From: a phage
Sequence record: PZ445554.1
DNA length: 64,000 bases
Reading direction: 5' to 3' (one strand)
The position numbers and the translations under genes are program-made. The notes under the pieces were generated by a model that did no database searches, was not told the DNA's origin, and saw nothing but the letters and a program-made list of their open reading frames with translations. How positions within the stretch are numbered: position 1 is the first letter of the stretch; every line of letters begins with the position of its first letter. Positions 27,397 to 36,836 of the stretch are shown in pieces.

Positions 27397-27845
27397 TCAA
27401 CAATCACAATTTCTAATTTAGAGGAATATGTATCTAAAATCCCCTCAATAATATCCCAGTTCCCTTTACCTATGCCTGCACCAATCCTAGGCATATAGAT
27501 TGTAGGTTTAATCAGTTTATTTTCACCAAACTCATTTAATTCTAACATACAATTCATTAAAGCGGAATACTCAAAATTTGGCCCCGGTTGAAATTGAGTA
27601 TAAAGATTGAAGCAGTAAGCTTTATGAGTCCTAAAGTATTTTTCATAGACTGAGTAAGAACCGAGTTTAGTTACATCGCCCCATTCTGTCTGTAATTTAT
27701 CAGCTTCCAAAATTTTAGGGAAAGCTTTGGTTAATTGACCCGCTACGCCTGAACCCATAGTATGAAAACAATTGCATCCATGCGCAATATTTTTACCTTC
27801 AGCGAAAAGGGCGACAATATCGCCCTTGATATATTTTACAATCAT
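27378..27845 (-). CDS. macro domain protein (ADP-ribose binding/processing)
   Basis: 155 aa; GDIV...NIAHGCNC...GSGVAGQL and later PRIGAGIGKG match macro-domain motifs. Confidence 0.65.
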   Translation of the reverse strand: MIVKYIKGDIVALFAEGKNIAHGCNCFHTMGSGVAGQLTKAFPKILEADKLQTEWGDVTKLGSYSVYEKYFRTHKAYCFNLYTQFQPGPNFEYSALMNCMLELNEFGENKLIKPTIYMPRIGAGIGKGNWDIIEGILDTYSSKLEIVIVDWEPLL

Positions 27846-28189
27846 CTAGTACTCAATCCTCGATTATAAGAATCTACCAAACGGTCAACCATTGAATGAC
27901 AAGCGGCTTTATCTTTCTCCTCCGCAACTGAGCATTCTAAGGTATTCCACTTTTTAGCATATCGTTTTAATAATGTATCGTTTTTGTATCTGCTTGATTT
28001 ATCTCTTTCTCCGTCTTTATATGCATATATTAATTTCTGTGCAAATTCAGCTTGGCATGCTTTATTTTTCCCACAATAATCTGCCGCAGTGCGGTTTACA
28101 TATTCTCTAATTTCAGTATATGATGTATCTGCTGATGCAGAAGCAGAAAATGAAATTAATCCTATACATAAAACCAAAATTTTAGTCAT
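27842..28189 (-). CDS. secreted/periplasmic small protein
   Basis: 115 aa; N-terminal signal peptide MTKILVLCIGLISFSASASA; four Cys. Confidence 0.55.
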   Translation of the reverse strand: MTKILVLCIGLISFSASASADTSYTEIREYVNRTAADYCGKNKACQAEFAQKLIYAYKDGERDKSSRYKNDTLLKRYAKKWNTLECSVAEEKDKAACHSMVDRLVDSYNRGLSTR

Positions 28190-28727
28190 TTACTATTTCC
28201 AAAAGTTTATTATTTTTAAGGTAATTAGCCTTTTCTAGGACTTCAGAAGCATATTTAGAACCTGCTTTAACATTCCATCCCGAATTATAAGAGGATATTG
28301 CTTTTCTTATATCGCCCTTATGTATATTTAACCAATAAGAAAGTTCAATGTACGCCCAGGAAGCTGAATTGGATCGTTTATTCAACATTCTTTTTATTTC
28401 AGCATCAGTCATATTATAACCAAGTTCCTTAACTCTCGCTCGCATAGTAGGCAAATAATTTTGGAACATTCCATAAGCGTGATGCTTTGGTTTAGATTTT
28501 AAATTAACTCCGCCAGAGCTTTCTTGCCATAAAATGGCTGCCATTATATGACCTAATCCGCTCTTGTGGATATTTTTATGTGTTTTATATTTTCCATCCT
28601 TAGAAAATTGTTCCCCGAATTGATACGCGTAACGCATGTTATCGAGTTGGACATTACTGAAAGTATGCTCGGAGCTATGTGCCATCATTGAAATGGCCAA
28701 TAGACCAGCGAGTAGTGCTTTTCTCAT
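28182..28727 (-). CDS. secreted lytic transglycosylase-like protein (SLT domain)
   Basis: 181 aa; signal peptide MRKALLAGLLAISMMAHS; ES...GMFQ...YNSG motifs resembling family-1 lytic transglycosylases. Confidence 0.6.
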   Translation of the reverse strand: MRKALLAGLLAISMMAHSSEHTFSNVQLDNMRYAYQFGEQFSKDGKYKTHKNIHKSGLGHIMAAILWQESSGGVNLKSKPKHHAYGMFQNYLPTMRARVKELGYNMTDAEIKRMLNKRSNSASWAYIELSYWLNIHKGDIRKAISSYNSGWNVKAGSKYASEVLEKANYLKNNKLLEIVND

Positions 28728-28734
28728 GCTTACC

Positions 28735-29196
28735 TCATTGAGTTTTAATTACTGCTTTAGAAGCCTTTCCTGGTAAACGACGACTGTTAATAATTGCCAT
28801 CCTACATTGAAGTGACGGGTCTTTGAACTTCTCGTTAGGTTTACAAACTGTAAATCCAAGCCAAAGATTTCCATCTGTGATTTCTAAACGTCCAGGACGA
28901 TATTCAACCCCATCAATAAAATCCTCGTCAATGTCAGGACGCGGAGGCATACTCAGGAATTCATTAACTTCTAAAACATGGTCTTTTATTTTATGGAATA
29001 ATTCAAAAACATATGTCTCATCAATCTCCCGCTGAATTGCGCGATCAAGAAGATGCTGAGAATATTTTAGATGAAACGATGAGACCCTTGCTGCTTTTGA
29101 TGCCTCACGAATCTCATTGTTAATTTGACGAAACTCCGACTCAAAGTGACGACGAAGCTTATTTCGACGGATAAAAACTTCTGTATTGATAGTCAT
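28735..29196 (-). CDS. regB: site-specific endoribonuclease RegB
   Basis: 153 aa; MTINTEVFIRRNKLRRHFESEFRQINNEIRE... recognised as T4 RegB. Confidence 0.9.
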   Translation of the reverse strand: MTINTEVFIRRNKLRRHFESEFRQINNEIREASKAARVSSFHLKYSQHLLDRAIQREIDETYVFELFHKIKDHVLEVNEFLSMPPRPDIDEDFIDGVEYRPGRLEITDGNLWLGFTVCKPNEKFKDPSLQCRMAIINSRRLPGKASKAVIKTQ

Positions 29197-29223
29197 GTTG
29201 TTCTCCTCTTAACTGATAGAAAA

Positions 29224-29253
29224 ATTATACCACAGTCAAGAGGAAAAGTAAAC
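29224..29253 (-). promoter_or_regulatory. T4-type early promoter upstream of regB
   Basis: GTTTAC-N18-TATAAT with TGG extension; GAGGAGAA RBS follows. Confidence 0.5.
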
Positions 29254-29255
29254 AG

Positions 29256-29576
29256 TTATTCTTTAAATCTAATCAATTTATTCATAGACTTTGAAACTTC
29301 TGCACGAACCTCATGTAGATTTTTGAGCTGTTCAAGACGCTGCGTATAGTAAGCAATTTCATCTTCTTCGAGACAGTCCTGCGAATCTTCTTTAAGATAA
29401 CGTGCATAGTCCTGAAAAGCGTTACGGATTACTTCCTGGAAGTCATCAAGACTTTGAATTTTCTTAGGAGCAGCAGATACACGACGAGGGGCAGTATAAT
29501 ACTCATAACCAAACCCTGCGCTTAATTGAGCCATTAGTATTTTTCCTCTGGTTGGAACACTGCACGACAAGCCCAC
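29256..29576 (-). CDS. hypothetical protein
   Basis: 106-aa ORF (likely start MAQLSAGF). Confidence 0.5.
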   Translation of the reverse strand: MGLSCSVPTRGKILMAQLSAGFGYEYYTAPRRVSAAPKKIQSLDDFQEVIRNAFQDYARYLKEDSQDCLEEDEIAYYTQRLEQLKNLHEVRAEVSKSMNKLIRFKE

Positions 29577-29836
29577 ATACTGGCTTCTTTGAGTTTCGTT
29601 TTAGCAATAGTTAACTGATCGAGGCTTTCGGCGTAATTCTTCGCGAGTTCATCATCTTCACAGCTATCAAATGCTTCCCAAAATTCATCGTATAAAGCAT
29701 CAAAGATAAGTCCTAAACGAACTTCAGCGTCTTTAATAGCATTTACTTTACCGATTTTTTCGTCGGTATGTGGCTTATAACCTTTAATATCTTCAATCAT
29801 ATTTGACTTCCTCACCAGTACATAAATCGTATTCAA
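29534..29836 (-). CDS. hypothetical small helical protein
   Basis: 100-aa ORF (likely start MIEDIKGY); by position could correspond to T4 vs.4, not verifiable here. Confidence 0.5.
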   Translation of the reverse strand: MNTIYVLVRKSNMIEDIKGYKPHTDEKIGKVNAIKDAEVRLGLIFDALYDEFWEAFDSCEDDELAKNYAESLDQLTIAKTKLKEASMWACRAVFQPEEKY

Positions 29837-30014
29837 CTAAACGAATAGGTTCATGAATGCCATATCCCTGAACAGAAATTTCTGTAGTAGGATAAATTCC
29901 ATTAATATCACCCATGTTCCATGCTTCGTTAAATTGCTGTTCGCCTGAATTACTAAACCATTCAGCGAAAGCATTTAGCACATCTTCAGAACCTTCAATA
30001 ATTATCTTTGCCAT
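29793..30014 (-). CDS. hypothetical protein
   Basis: 73-aa acidic ORF. Confidence 0.5.
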   Translation of the reverse strand: MAKIIIEGSEDVLNAFAEWFSNSGEQQFNEAWNMGDINGIYPTTEISVQGYGIHEPIRLVEYDLCTGEEVKYD

Positions 30015-30376
30015 TACAAACTCTCGGTAAAGGTACGAGCGATAACATCGCGCTGCTGTTCCGGAGTCAGAGAGTTAAAGCGAACTGCATAACCGGATAC
30101 ACGGATGGTCAGCTGCGGATATTTTTCCGGATGCTTAACTGCATCTTCCAGAGTTTCGCGACGCAGAACGTTAACGTTCAGGTGTTGACCACCTTCAATT
30201 TTAACTGTAGGCTGTTGCTCAATTTCAATTTCACGGGCATGCAAACCGTAGAAAATTTCTGGGTCTACAAAAGAGTCCTCTTTAAAGGTTTTGGAGACAA
30301 TAATTCGTGCTTGAATACCATCTTCAAAATAAATAGTACCTTTATGTGTGCCTTCAAGAATTTGATATGCTTTCAT
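30014..30376 (-). CDS. autonomous glycyl radical cofactor (GrcA/YfiD-like)
   Basis: 120 aa; C-terminal [59 protein letters not shown] is the PFL/GrcA glycyl-radical domain (RVSGY). Confidence 0.85.
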   Translation of the reverse strand: MKAYQILEGTHKGTIYFEDGIQARIIVSKTFKEDSFVDPEIFYGLHAREIEIEQQPTVKIEGGQHLNVNVLRRETLEDAVKHPEKYPQLTIRVSGYAVRFNSLTPEQQRDVIARTFTESL

Positions 30377-30383
30377 ATAAACC

Positions 30384-30713
30384 TCAATTAGAAAATAAAT
30401 TTATCCAAGATTGTTCTTTAATTAAAAATGGCTCAGAATCATATGCCATTAAACTTTGCGTAATTAATCCTTTAAAAGGTCCATCAATAAATTCCATGGT
30501 AAAATATGGAATTTTATTCATTAGCCGTGCATTAGGAGCAGTGCACAAAACTCTGCATCCTTTGAATACGCCTTTTTGTAATTTGTATTGCTTAGGATAA
30601 AATTCACTTAAAATGTTATTTTTTGCCAAAATTTCAAAATGATTCACCAATTTATTTTTAATAGTTTTTGGCGAAAAATAAAGATATTCGAAAAGCTGAG
30701 TGTCTGTCATCAT
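30384..30713 (-). CDS. hypothetical protein
   Basis: ORF 30384..30764 trimmed to ATGATGA-coupled start. Confidence 0.5.
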   Translation of the reverse strand: MMTDTQLFEYLYFSPKTIKNKLVNHFEILAKNNILSEFYPKQYKLQKGVFKGCRVLCTAPNARLMNKIPYFTMEFIDGPFKGLITQSLMAYDSEPFLIKEQSWINLFSN

Positions 30714-31249
30714 TGCATTCCAATCACAAAAAATTGAGGACGAGTAATACCACCAATGCAACATTTACTATTACAGCAGTAGTGTACAGTGTCAATATGG
30801 ACACTATAAATCTTATCCATATCAGGAGATTTGACAGGCTCATCAATTATATACAAAATTCGCGAAAGCGATAAACCTCTGAACTTGCTTCCTTTATTAC
30901 CAATAAAACTGCGCACAGAATCAGTAAATAAACGAAAACGTATATCATCATTAGAATAACGCGAAAATTCCTTTTTAATGTTATTTGCAGAAATTTTAGC
31001 GTAAGCTGAAGTATTAGAAAGAACAATAACTGTTCCGCCATCATACAGCCAATTAGCAGCAAAGTTAGTCACAGCAATTGATTTACCAGATTGACGTCCA
31101 CCGTCTAGTCGAAGTGTGCAGTACTGTTTAAGTAATTCTTCAAATGGCGGGATATATTCGTTTTTACAAATTTCTTCTACTCTAGCATCAGAATGGTGTG
31201 TAAAAGCATTCATCAGGGATAGATAAGGACCAGTTAAAAATGTTCTCAT
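30710..31249 (-). CDS. small P-loop NTPase-like protein
   Basis: 179 aa; Walker A GGRQSGKS and Walker B-like ILYIIDEP. Confidence 0.55.
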   Translation of the reverse strand: MRTFLTGPYLSLMNAFTHHSDARVEEICKNEYIPPFEELLKQYCTLRLDGGRQSGKSIAVTNFAANWLYDGGTVIVLSNTSAYAKISANNIKKEFSRYSNDDIRFRLFTDSVRSFIGNKGSKFRGLSLSRILYIIDEPVKSPDMDKIYSVHIDTVHYCCNSKCCIGGITRPQFFVIGMQ

Positions 31250-31389
31250 TTCTTCTCTCTAAGTTTGGGCCATTCCATGGCGCATGAATTGTCCATTTCT
31301 GTATTTACCCATTACCGCGCTTTGGCTCGACCTTATCACAGGTTGGCGGGAATCCCTCATAGAATCATGAGGTCCAGGTTGTTCCCATA

Positions 31390-31863
31390 TTATTTGAACG
31401 ATTTAACGTACTGAATAGAACCTTTACTATTCACGAAAGCGATTTTACCATTTTTATTATACATGGTAGCAGTACGTTGATAGCCATAAGTTTGTTTACC
31501 AGATTGATAACCAACTAATGCAAAATTATCTTCACCCATTTTATTCTGTTTAGCGCGAATGCGTTCATGACCATGTGCCATAAGAACCTTAGCATCACCA
31601 GTTGCAATGGATCGACGAGTTTTTTCATCTTCAACTGTATTAACAAAGTCGTCAAATGAATCAAATTTAGCATGAGATTTATTATACAATTTTCCATCTA
31701 CTGCATAATTATATCCCTGTACATCCATCTCAACTTCTGTACCATCATCCAATACAGCAGTGATTTTTTGACCTTTTTTAAATTTCAAAAGATCAGTAAA
31801 AGATTCAGCAATAATTTGAGAATTAATAGCTGCTTCAGTAATAAATTCTTGATATGTTTTCAT
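31390..31863 (-). CDS. internal protein-like (capsid targeting sequence-bearing)
   Basis: 157 aa; N-terminus MKTYQEFITEA matches the T-even internal-protein targeting leader. Confidence 0.6.
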   Translation of the reverse strand: MKTYQEFITEAAINSQIIAESFTDLLKFKKGQKITAVLDDGTEVEMDVQGYNYAVDGKLYNKSHAKFDSFDDFVNTVEDEKTRRSIATGDAKVLMAHGHERIRAKQNKMGEDNFALVGYQSGKQTYGYQRTATMYNKNGKIAFVNSKGSIQYVKSFK

Positions 31864-31872
31864 ATGTTTCCT

Positions 31873-32289
31873 TTAAATGTAAATATTTTTGCCGTAATAC
31901 TTGTACCAGTGTGGCTTCATTAAAATTTTTTCATCAAGTCGTTGTTGACTCAATTTAATAGCTGATTTGCATGGATTATAATCATTTTTCCATTCTGCTG
32001 GAATATCGCTGATGTCAGGAACTTCAGTATCTTTTATACTGAACCCGCGTTTTAAGCATTCCGTTATAATGTCTAATTGACGCTTTCGCAAAAATTCTAA
32101 CTTATCGTAAAAGAAAGTAACATGACCAGAACCTAAAATAAATTTAGAAGATATTTTAAAATCTTTAACGCGCTTACCGTTTGCCACATGCTTACGAACT
32201 ATACCAAAAACACGTGGCAATTCACGGTATTCTGCTATTAAATGTTGATCAGCAAGTTCAGATACTAAAGTCAAATTAATACGAGTCAT
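31873..32289 (-). CDS. denV: endonuclease V (pyrimidine-dimer DNA glycosylase)
   Basis: 138 aa; [43 protein letters not shown] recognised as T4 DenV. Confidence 0.92.
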   Translation of the reverse strand: MTRINLTLVSELADQHLIAEYRELPRVFGIVRKHVANGKRVKDFKISSKFILGSGHVTFFYDKLEFLRKRQLDIITECLKRGFSIKDTEVPDISDIPAEWKNDYNPCKSAIKLSQQRLDEKILMKPHWYKYYGKNIYI

Positions 32290-32314
32290 TTTATCCCTCC
32301 AAGTAACTGTGAAT

Positions 32315-32344
32315 ATACTATCACAATTCTAGGAGAAAGTAAAC
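32315..32344 (-). promoter_or_regulatory. T4-type early promoter upstream of denV
   Basis: GTTTAC-N18-TAGTAT (minus), GGAGGGA RBS follows. Confidence 0.45.
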
Positions 32345-32348
32345 AACT

Positions 32349-32879
<531 letters not shown>

Positions 32880-33335
32880 TTAAAAGAGGTTGTTCATTAT
32901 TCGGTAAAGTGAAGGACCCATCACATATTGCCACTGAGTACGAGGAATAAGAGCAAAAGCATCCATCTCTGGAATCATAACGCCATCTTTATTTTCAAAA
33001 TAAGACTCACAATAGCAATTTCTGAACATCTCATGCTCTACTGGAATCGTATAATAAAATAACTGTAAGTCTTTATTACTAGAATATTTAAATACACCTA
33101 GGTCTTCTAGAAGGTCTGGATTATAATTGCTAAAACCAGTCTCTTCTAAGCATTCTCTTCGTGCTGCATCTAGTGCGCTTAAATCAGAATTTTCTACGCG
33201 GCCCTTTGGAATATCCCAACGATGTGCCATCATTCCAGGCTTACGAGAACCAGTAACCCGACCCATAAATAAATCTTTATCTTCTGTCATAAAGATAATA
33301 CCAGCTGATAATGTTTTCATTTTAATTTCCTGCAT
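32880..33335 (-). CDS. nudE: Nudix hydrolase
   Basis: 151 aa; Nudix box GRVENSDLSALDAARRECLEETG. Confidence 0.85.
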   Translation of the reverse strand: MQEIKMKTLSAGIIFMTEDKDLFMGRVTGSRKPGMMAHRWDIPKGRVENSDLSALDAARRECLEETGFSNYNPDLLEDLGVFKYSSNKDLQLFYYTIPVEHEMFRNCYCESYFENKDGVMIPEMDAFALIPRTQWQYVMGPSLYRIMNNLF

Positions 33336-33805
33336 TCAGTGATAAAGTTATTTAAATTTTGAGCATATTTCTTTTCATCAAAAATCTTTTGTTGTCTGCG
33401 TAACCGCCATGGCATTTCAATGAACACACACCATATTCCGGATAATATTGCTGCAGTAAAAATATTAACAAATATAGTACAAAGAGCCCAATCTCCTATT
33501 CTGTCCATTGGATTTTTTCCAAAGAAGTAAAATACGAATGATGACGCAGGAAGACTAATGATATACCACAGAAGCATATTCTTATCCGTAAACCATTCAG
33601 CGTTCGTTAACTTAGCACGACCGTTTTGAATACAAACGAATTTATCGTCTGTTACAGTAGATGGCTTAACTGCTTGATATCCCATTCTAAACTCCCTAAT
33701 CAACAAATTTTTCATATCTTCGGAACAGCCATTCCAATCAACTCTATCAACTGGAATGCCATCATCTCCATCATCTAAATCATACCAGCGAGTTTTTAAA
33801 ATCAT
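33317..33805 (-). CDS. membrane protein, junction-repeat family member
   Basis: 162 aa; two hydrophobic segments; C-terminus ...FITECRKLK. Confidence 0.55.
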   Translation of the reverse strand: MILKTRWYDLDDGDDGIPVDRVDWNGCSEDMKNLLIREFRMGYQAVKPSTVTDDKFVCIQNGRAKLTNAEWFTDKNMLLWYIISLPASSFVFYFFGKNPMDRIGDWALCTIFVNIFTAAILSGIWCVFIEMPWRLRRQQKIFDEKKYAQNLNNFITECRKLK

Positions 33806-34176
33806 TTAATTTTCCTGCAATCACTCACAAACTCTTCCATTGATTCTTTTTCAATATAAGACATGTAGTTATTATATTCTTTTAATTGTATTTTGTAATC
33901 TTTTTTTCTTTGCCAATTTATTTTAAAATTATCATAATGAAAATATAACATGGTACCAAAGAATGAAAATAATGAAATCGCTATAGTATAATGAAGTTCA
34001 CTCCAAACTTCTATTATATCTATTATACCGCTGACGTTACTACGGATGTTTAAAATAAAACAGTCAATTAACAATCCAATAAGACTACCTGCAAGAGCTG
34101 CAAATGCTGATACGGCAAGAATTAATAGTGCCTCTGGAAACGAATATTTAACTTTATTTAGTTTTGGCTTTTGCAT
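33802..34176 (-). CDS. membrane protein, junction-repeat family member
   Basis: 124 aa; hydrophobic segments; C-terminus ...EFVSDCRKIK. Confidence 0.55.
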   Translation of the reverse strand: MQKPKLNKVKYSFPEALLILAVSAFAALAGSLIGLLIDCFILNIRSNVSGIIDIIEVWSELHYTIAISLFSFFGTMLYFHYDNFKINWQRKKDYKIQLKEYNNYMSYIEKESMEEFVSDCRKIK

Positions 34177-34571
34177 CGTGATTCCTTAACAAATTTCATA
34201 ATTTCATCAAATTCATACGCAGCAAGTTTAAGCTGATGTTCCTTTTTAATCTTTTTACACTGAGCTTTCCATTCGCGTACGCGTTTACGATAATGTCTTC
34301 CTTGATACCAGTATCCTACCCAATTTACAGGTACTAATAAAAATGGAACTACTAATGGAAGAATTAATACTAACAGAAATACTGCGTCTGATTCAATATC
34401 AGTAGTAACATCTATAACTATTCCAATAATCATTAGGATTATAAATGATACAGCTGTCACAGGACCTACTAATACATCAGTAGGAATTAGCTGGCGCTTT
34501 AATTCATACTTCAACGGTTTACTTGGAAGGTATAGTGATGGTTTTGACATATTCTCTACATTCCTTAACAA
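34158..34571 (-). CDS. membrane protein, junction-repeat family member
   Basis: 137 aa; hydrophobic segments; C-terminus ...KFVKESRCKSQN. Confidence 0.55.
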   Translation of the reverse strand: MLRNVENMSKPSLYLPSKPLKYELKRQLIPTDVLVGPVTAVSFIILMIIGIVIDVTTDIESDAVFLLVLILPLVVPFLLVPVNWVGYWYQGRHYRKRVREWKAQCKKIKKEHQLKLAAYEFDEIMKFVKESRCKSQN

Positions 34572-35127
34572 ATTTTTCTAATAATAAATCGCTTTCAAAA
34601 TTGGGATTTTCTACGAATTTATCAAAAAGATCATCAACAATAGTTAAGATATTCTTTTTACTAAGAATACGTTTATTTTCATGCTTCGTTTCAGAATCAA
34701 CTATAAGAGTAAAGAAATATTTCTTTCCCTGAAATTTTACCGTAGTATCAATATAAAATAAATTTGACTTTTGTAAATTACGTTTAAACCATGCGTCGCT
34801 TAAACTATAAACACCGAGATAATCAAAATCGTCGTTTAAATAACATACGGTCCATTCAGGAGAAATGAAATCAGTAAATTCAACATCAAAATCGCATGTC
34901 AATGAATAAATTGATTCAATACTGTTAATAAGTATTCCAGGACGTATTAAAGACTTTTTACCTCTGGAAAATCTTCCAGAAAGACTTTCATCAGTTTCAT
35001 ATGAAGAACCCCAATAATAATTACGTCCTTCTGCCATACGTTTAAGAGCATTTAGCAATTGGTCTGGAACATCAACCTGTCTTTGGAACTCTTCAAACAT
35101 TGAATTGAAATCACTTTGCATTTTCAT
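34519..35127 (-). CDS. hypothetical protein sharing C-terminal KFVKECR motif
   Basis: 202 aa, soluble; C-terminus ...EKFVKECREYVK. Confidence 0.55.
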   Translation of the reverse strand: MKMQSDFNSMFEEFQRQVDVPDQLLNALKRMAEGRNYYWGSSYETDESLSGRFSRGKKSLIRPGILINSIESIYSLTCDFDVEFTDFISPEWTVCYLNDDFDYLGVYSLSDAWFKRNLQKSNLFYIDTTVKFQGKKYFFTLIVDSETKHENKRILSKKNILTIVDDLFDKFVENPNFESDLLLEKFVKECREYVKTITIPSK

Positions 35128-35148
35128 TCCTATTTACTCCAAGTAATA

Positions 35149-35162
35149 GGGGCCGAAGCCCC
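35149..35162 (-). terminator. possible rho-independent terminator
   Basis: GGGGC-TTCG-GCCCC hairpin after stop at 35169; weak U-tract. Confidence 0.35.
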
Positions 35163-35168
35163 TTATCA

Positions 35169-35762
35169 TTATTTCAGAGAATTAATATATTCCTGAACAT
35201 CGGCAGAGGTAGTTTCAACCCCAGAAATATTACCATTAAAGGTTTCAACTCGAGCAAGAGTATCTTCAATATCAACCTTAGTCAGTGCTGCAATTTCAAC
35301 TACATCATCAGCAGTACTAATTCCAAGTGCATTCGCTGCACGAGTTTCACGGATATATTCCAATTTAACTGCAAGTTCTTGGCGAGCATCATCTAACTCA
35401 ACTACTTTCTTGGCGATTTCAATTCGCATTTCAGCATACCCATCAGCTTTAGTAGTCAACTGCTCAGCTGTTCGACGATATAGCAAGCCGAGTTTAGCAT
35501 GCATTGTTACATCTTGACCTTCGGAAAGAAGCTTGCGAATTTCACGCTCTTTTGATTCAGCCTGTTTATTCTTTTCAACAATAAGTTCACGAATACGCTT
35601 TTCTTCATTAATAGATTTAACAGAAGCAGTTTTTAGATCTTTAATCTTATCAAGTAGTTTTGCTGCTGCAGCAGTATACTGTTCTTCAACAGATAGATTT
35701 TTAGCCATAGCAGAACCAAGTTTAGTGCGAATAAACTCAACAATTTTCTTCAGTGTGTTCAT
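35169..35762 (-). CDS. coiled-coil protein
   Basis: 197 aa; predominantly heptad/charged helical sequence. Confidence 0.55.
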
Positions 35763-35806
35763 AGTATTTCCTTAGGTTAATTAAGATTTAAAATCCATGA
35801 GAGTAT

Positions 35807-35983
35807 TATACTCCGGATAGTTTGTAAACTATTTCAACATCGCCTTTTGCTGCTTTATAACCTTCAGCCCAAGATACAACCGAGTTTTTATCTGAAGATT
35901 CAAATTCTGGCATTGGGCTTTCGCCAATGTTCACGCAGTATGTTTCTTCATTTTCGTCAAACCAAATAATTAAAGTAGTCATT
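35807..35983 (-). CDS. putative small acidic protein (58 aa)
   Basis: Hand-translated MTTLIIWFDENEETYCVNIGESPMPEF...; ACGGAGAAATAA RBS; below ORF-track cut-off. Confidence 0.3.
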
Positions 35984-36051
35984 TATTTCTCCGTTTTCTG
36001 TATTTGTTTTGATAAGTCTATAATAACACCGTCCTTGGCGTTTGTACACAA

Positions 36052-36327
36052 TTATTTCATATTATTGAAATATTCTTCTGCAATTTCGTCGTTATCATGG
36101 TAAACTTTAGAAGACAGTTTAACATAACCTTCAGCAGTGAACATGTTAATCACAACCTTTACAGTATACCACTGACCGTCTTCATTACCCATTACTGCAT
36201 AAGTTTCAAACATCGGATGGTCAGGACCGATAACTTTAATATCATTCACCGTACGACCAAAATCTTCTGAAACACATTTCATAAAGAAGTTGAACAGTTC
36301 ACCGTAATTATCCATTTCATTCTCCAA
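36052..36327 (-). CDS. hypothetical protein
   Basis: 91-aa ORF, GGAGAATGAA RBS, downstream of early promoter. Confidence 0.5.
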   Translation of the reverse strand: MENEMDNYGELFNFFMKCVSEDFGRTVNDIKVIGPDHPMFETYAVMGNEDGQWYTVKVVINMFTAEGYVKLSSKVYHDNDEIAEEYFNNMK

Positions 36328-36358
36328 GTTGTTTTCTGTATCAGCAGTTGATAGTTGT

Positions 36359-36388
36359 ATAGTACCATGGAAGAACAGGGATGTAAAC
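36359..36388 (-). promoter_or_regulatory. T4-type early promoter
   Basis: GTTTAC-N18-TACTAT with conserved ACAACTATCAACTG leader and A/T-rich upstream element. Confidence 0.5.
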
Positions 36389-36496
36389 AGTTTTGTGAAA
36401 AAATTTTTAAAAAGTTTTAGGGAATTCTAGGGTCAGGAGGGGCAATTAAAAGGTAGGATAATATATTATAAAGGGTATAAACTAAATGATGCCTAG

Positions 36497-36548
36497 AGAG
36501 GCCCGAAAAGGCCTAGATACCAAAAAGCCCCAACCTTTCGGTCGGGGC
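36497..36548 (-). terminator. tandem rho-independent terminators ending the tRNA/stable-RNA operon
   Basis: GCCCCGACC-GAAA-GGTTGGGGC followed by TTTTTG (36521-36548) and AGGCC-TTTTCG-GGCCT (36499-36514) on minus strand. Confidence 0.6.
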
Positions 36549-36836
36549 TAAGCCTTGCGGCAACCTTGTCGGGGTTCCACCTGCTAAGGCAAGTGTTTGT
36601 ACGAAACGCCGGGACTTGAACCCGGTTATTAAGTAGTTGACGCTACTCAATATTTTTAAAAGGCCATATCTCGACCATATCCGAACGTTCCGTCAAAAAC
36701 GCTACTCGGCTTACGGCAAAGATATTTCCTCGAATCGATAATTCGGTGCGCCGTTTCTGCTGTGATGTAAGAGGGCATCAATAAACGCAAAGATTATTAA
36801 CGCAATTCCTTACTCAGGGAACATCAGTCCGACGAC
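36549..36836 (-). ncRNA. probable small stable RNA(s) downstream of tRNA-Arg
   Basis: No ORF; GC-richer than surroundings; contains tRNA T-arm-like CCGGGTTCAAGTCCCGG; by position analogous to T4 stable RNA species; boundaries not defined. Confidence 0.3.

Noticed and set aside
35169-35762. Assignment of the 197-aa coiled-coil protein as internal protein IPIII
   Set aside because: It lacks the MKTYQEF capsid-targeting leader found on the leader-bearing genes, so it is left as an uncharacterised coiled-coil protein.
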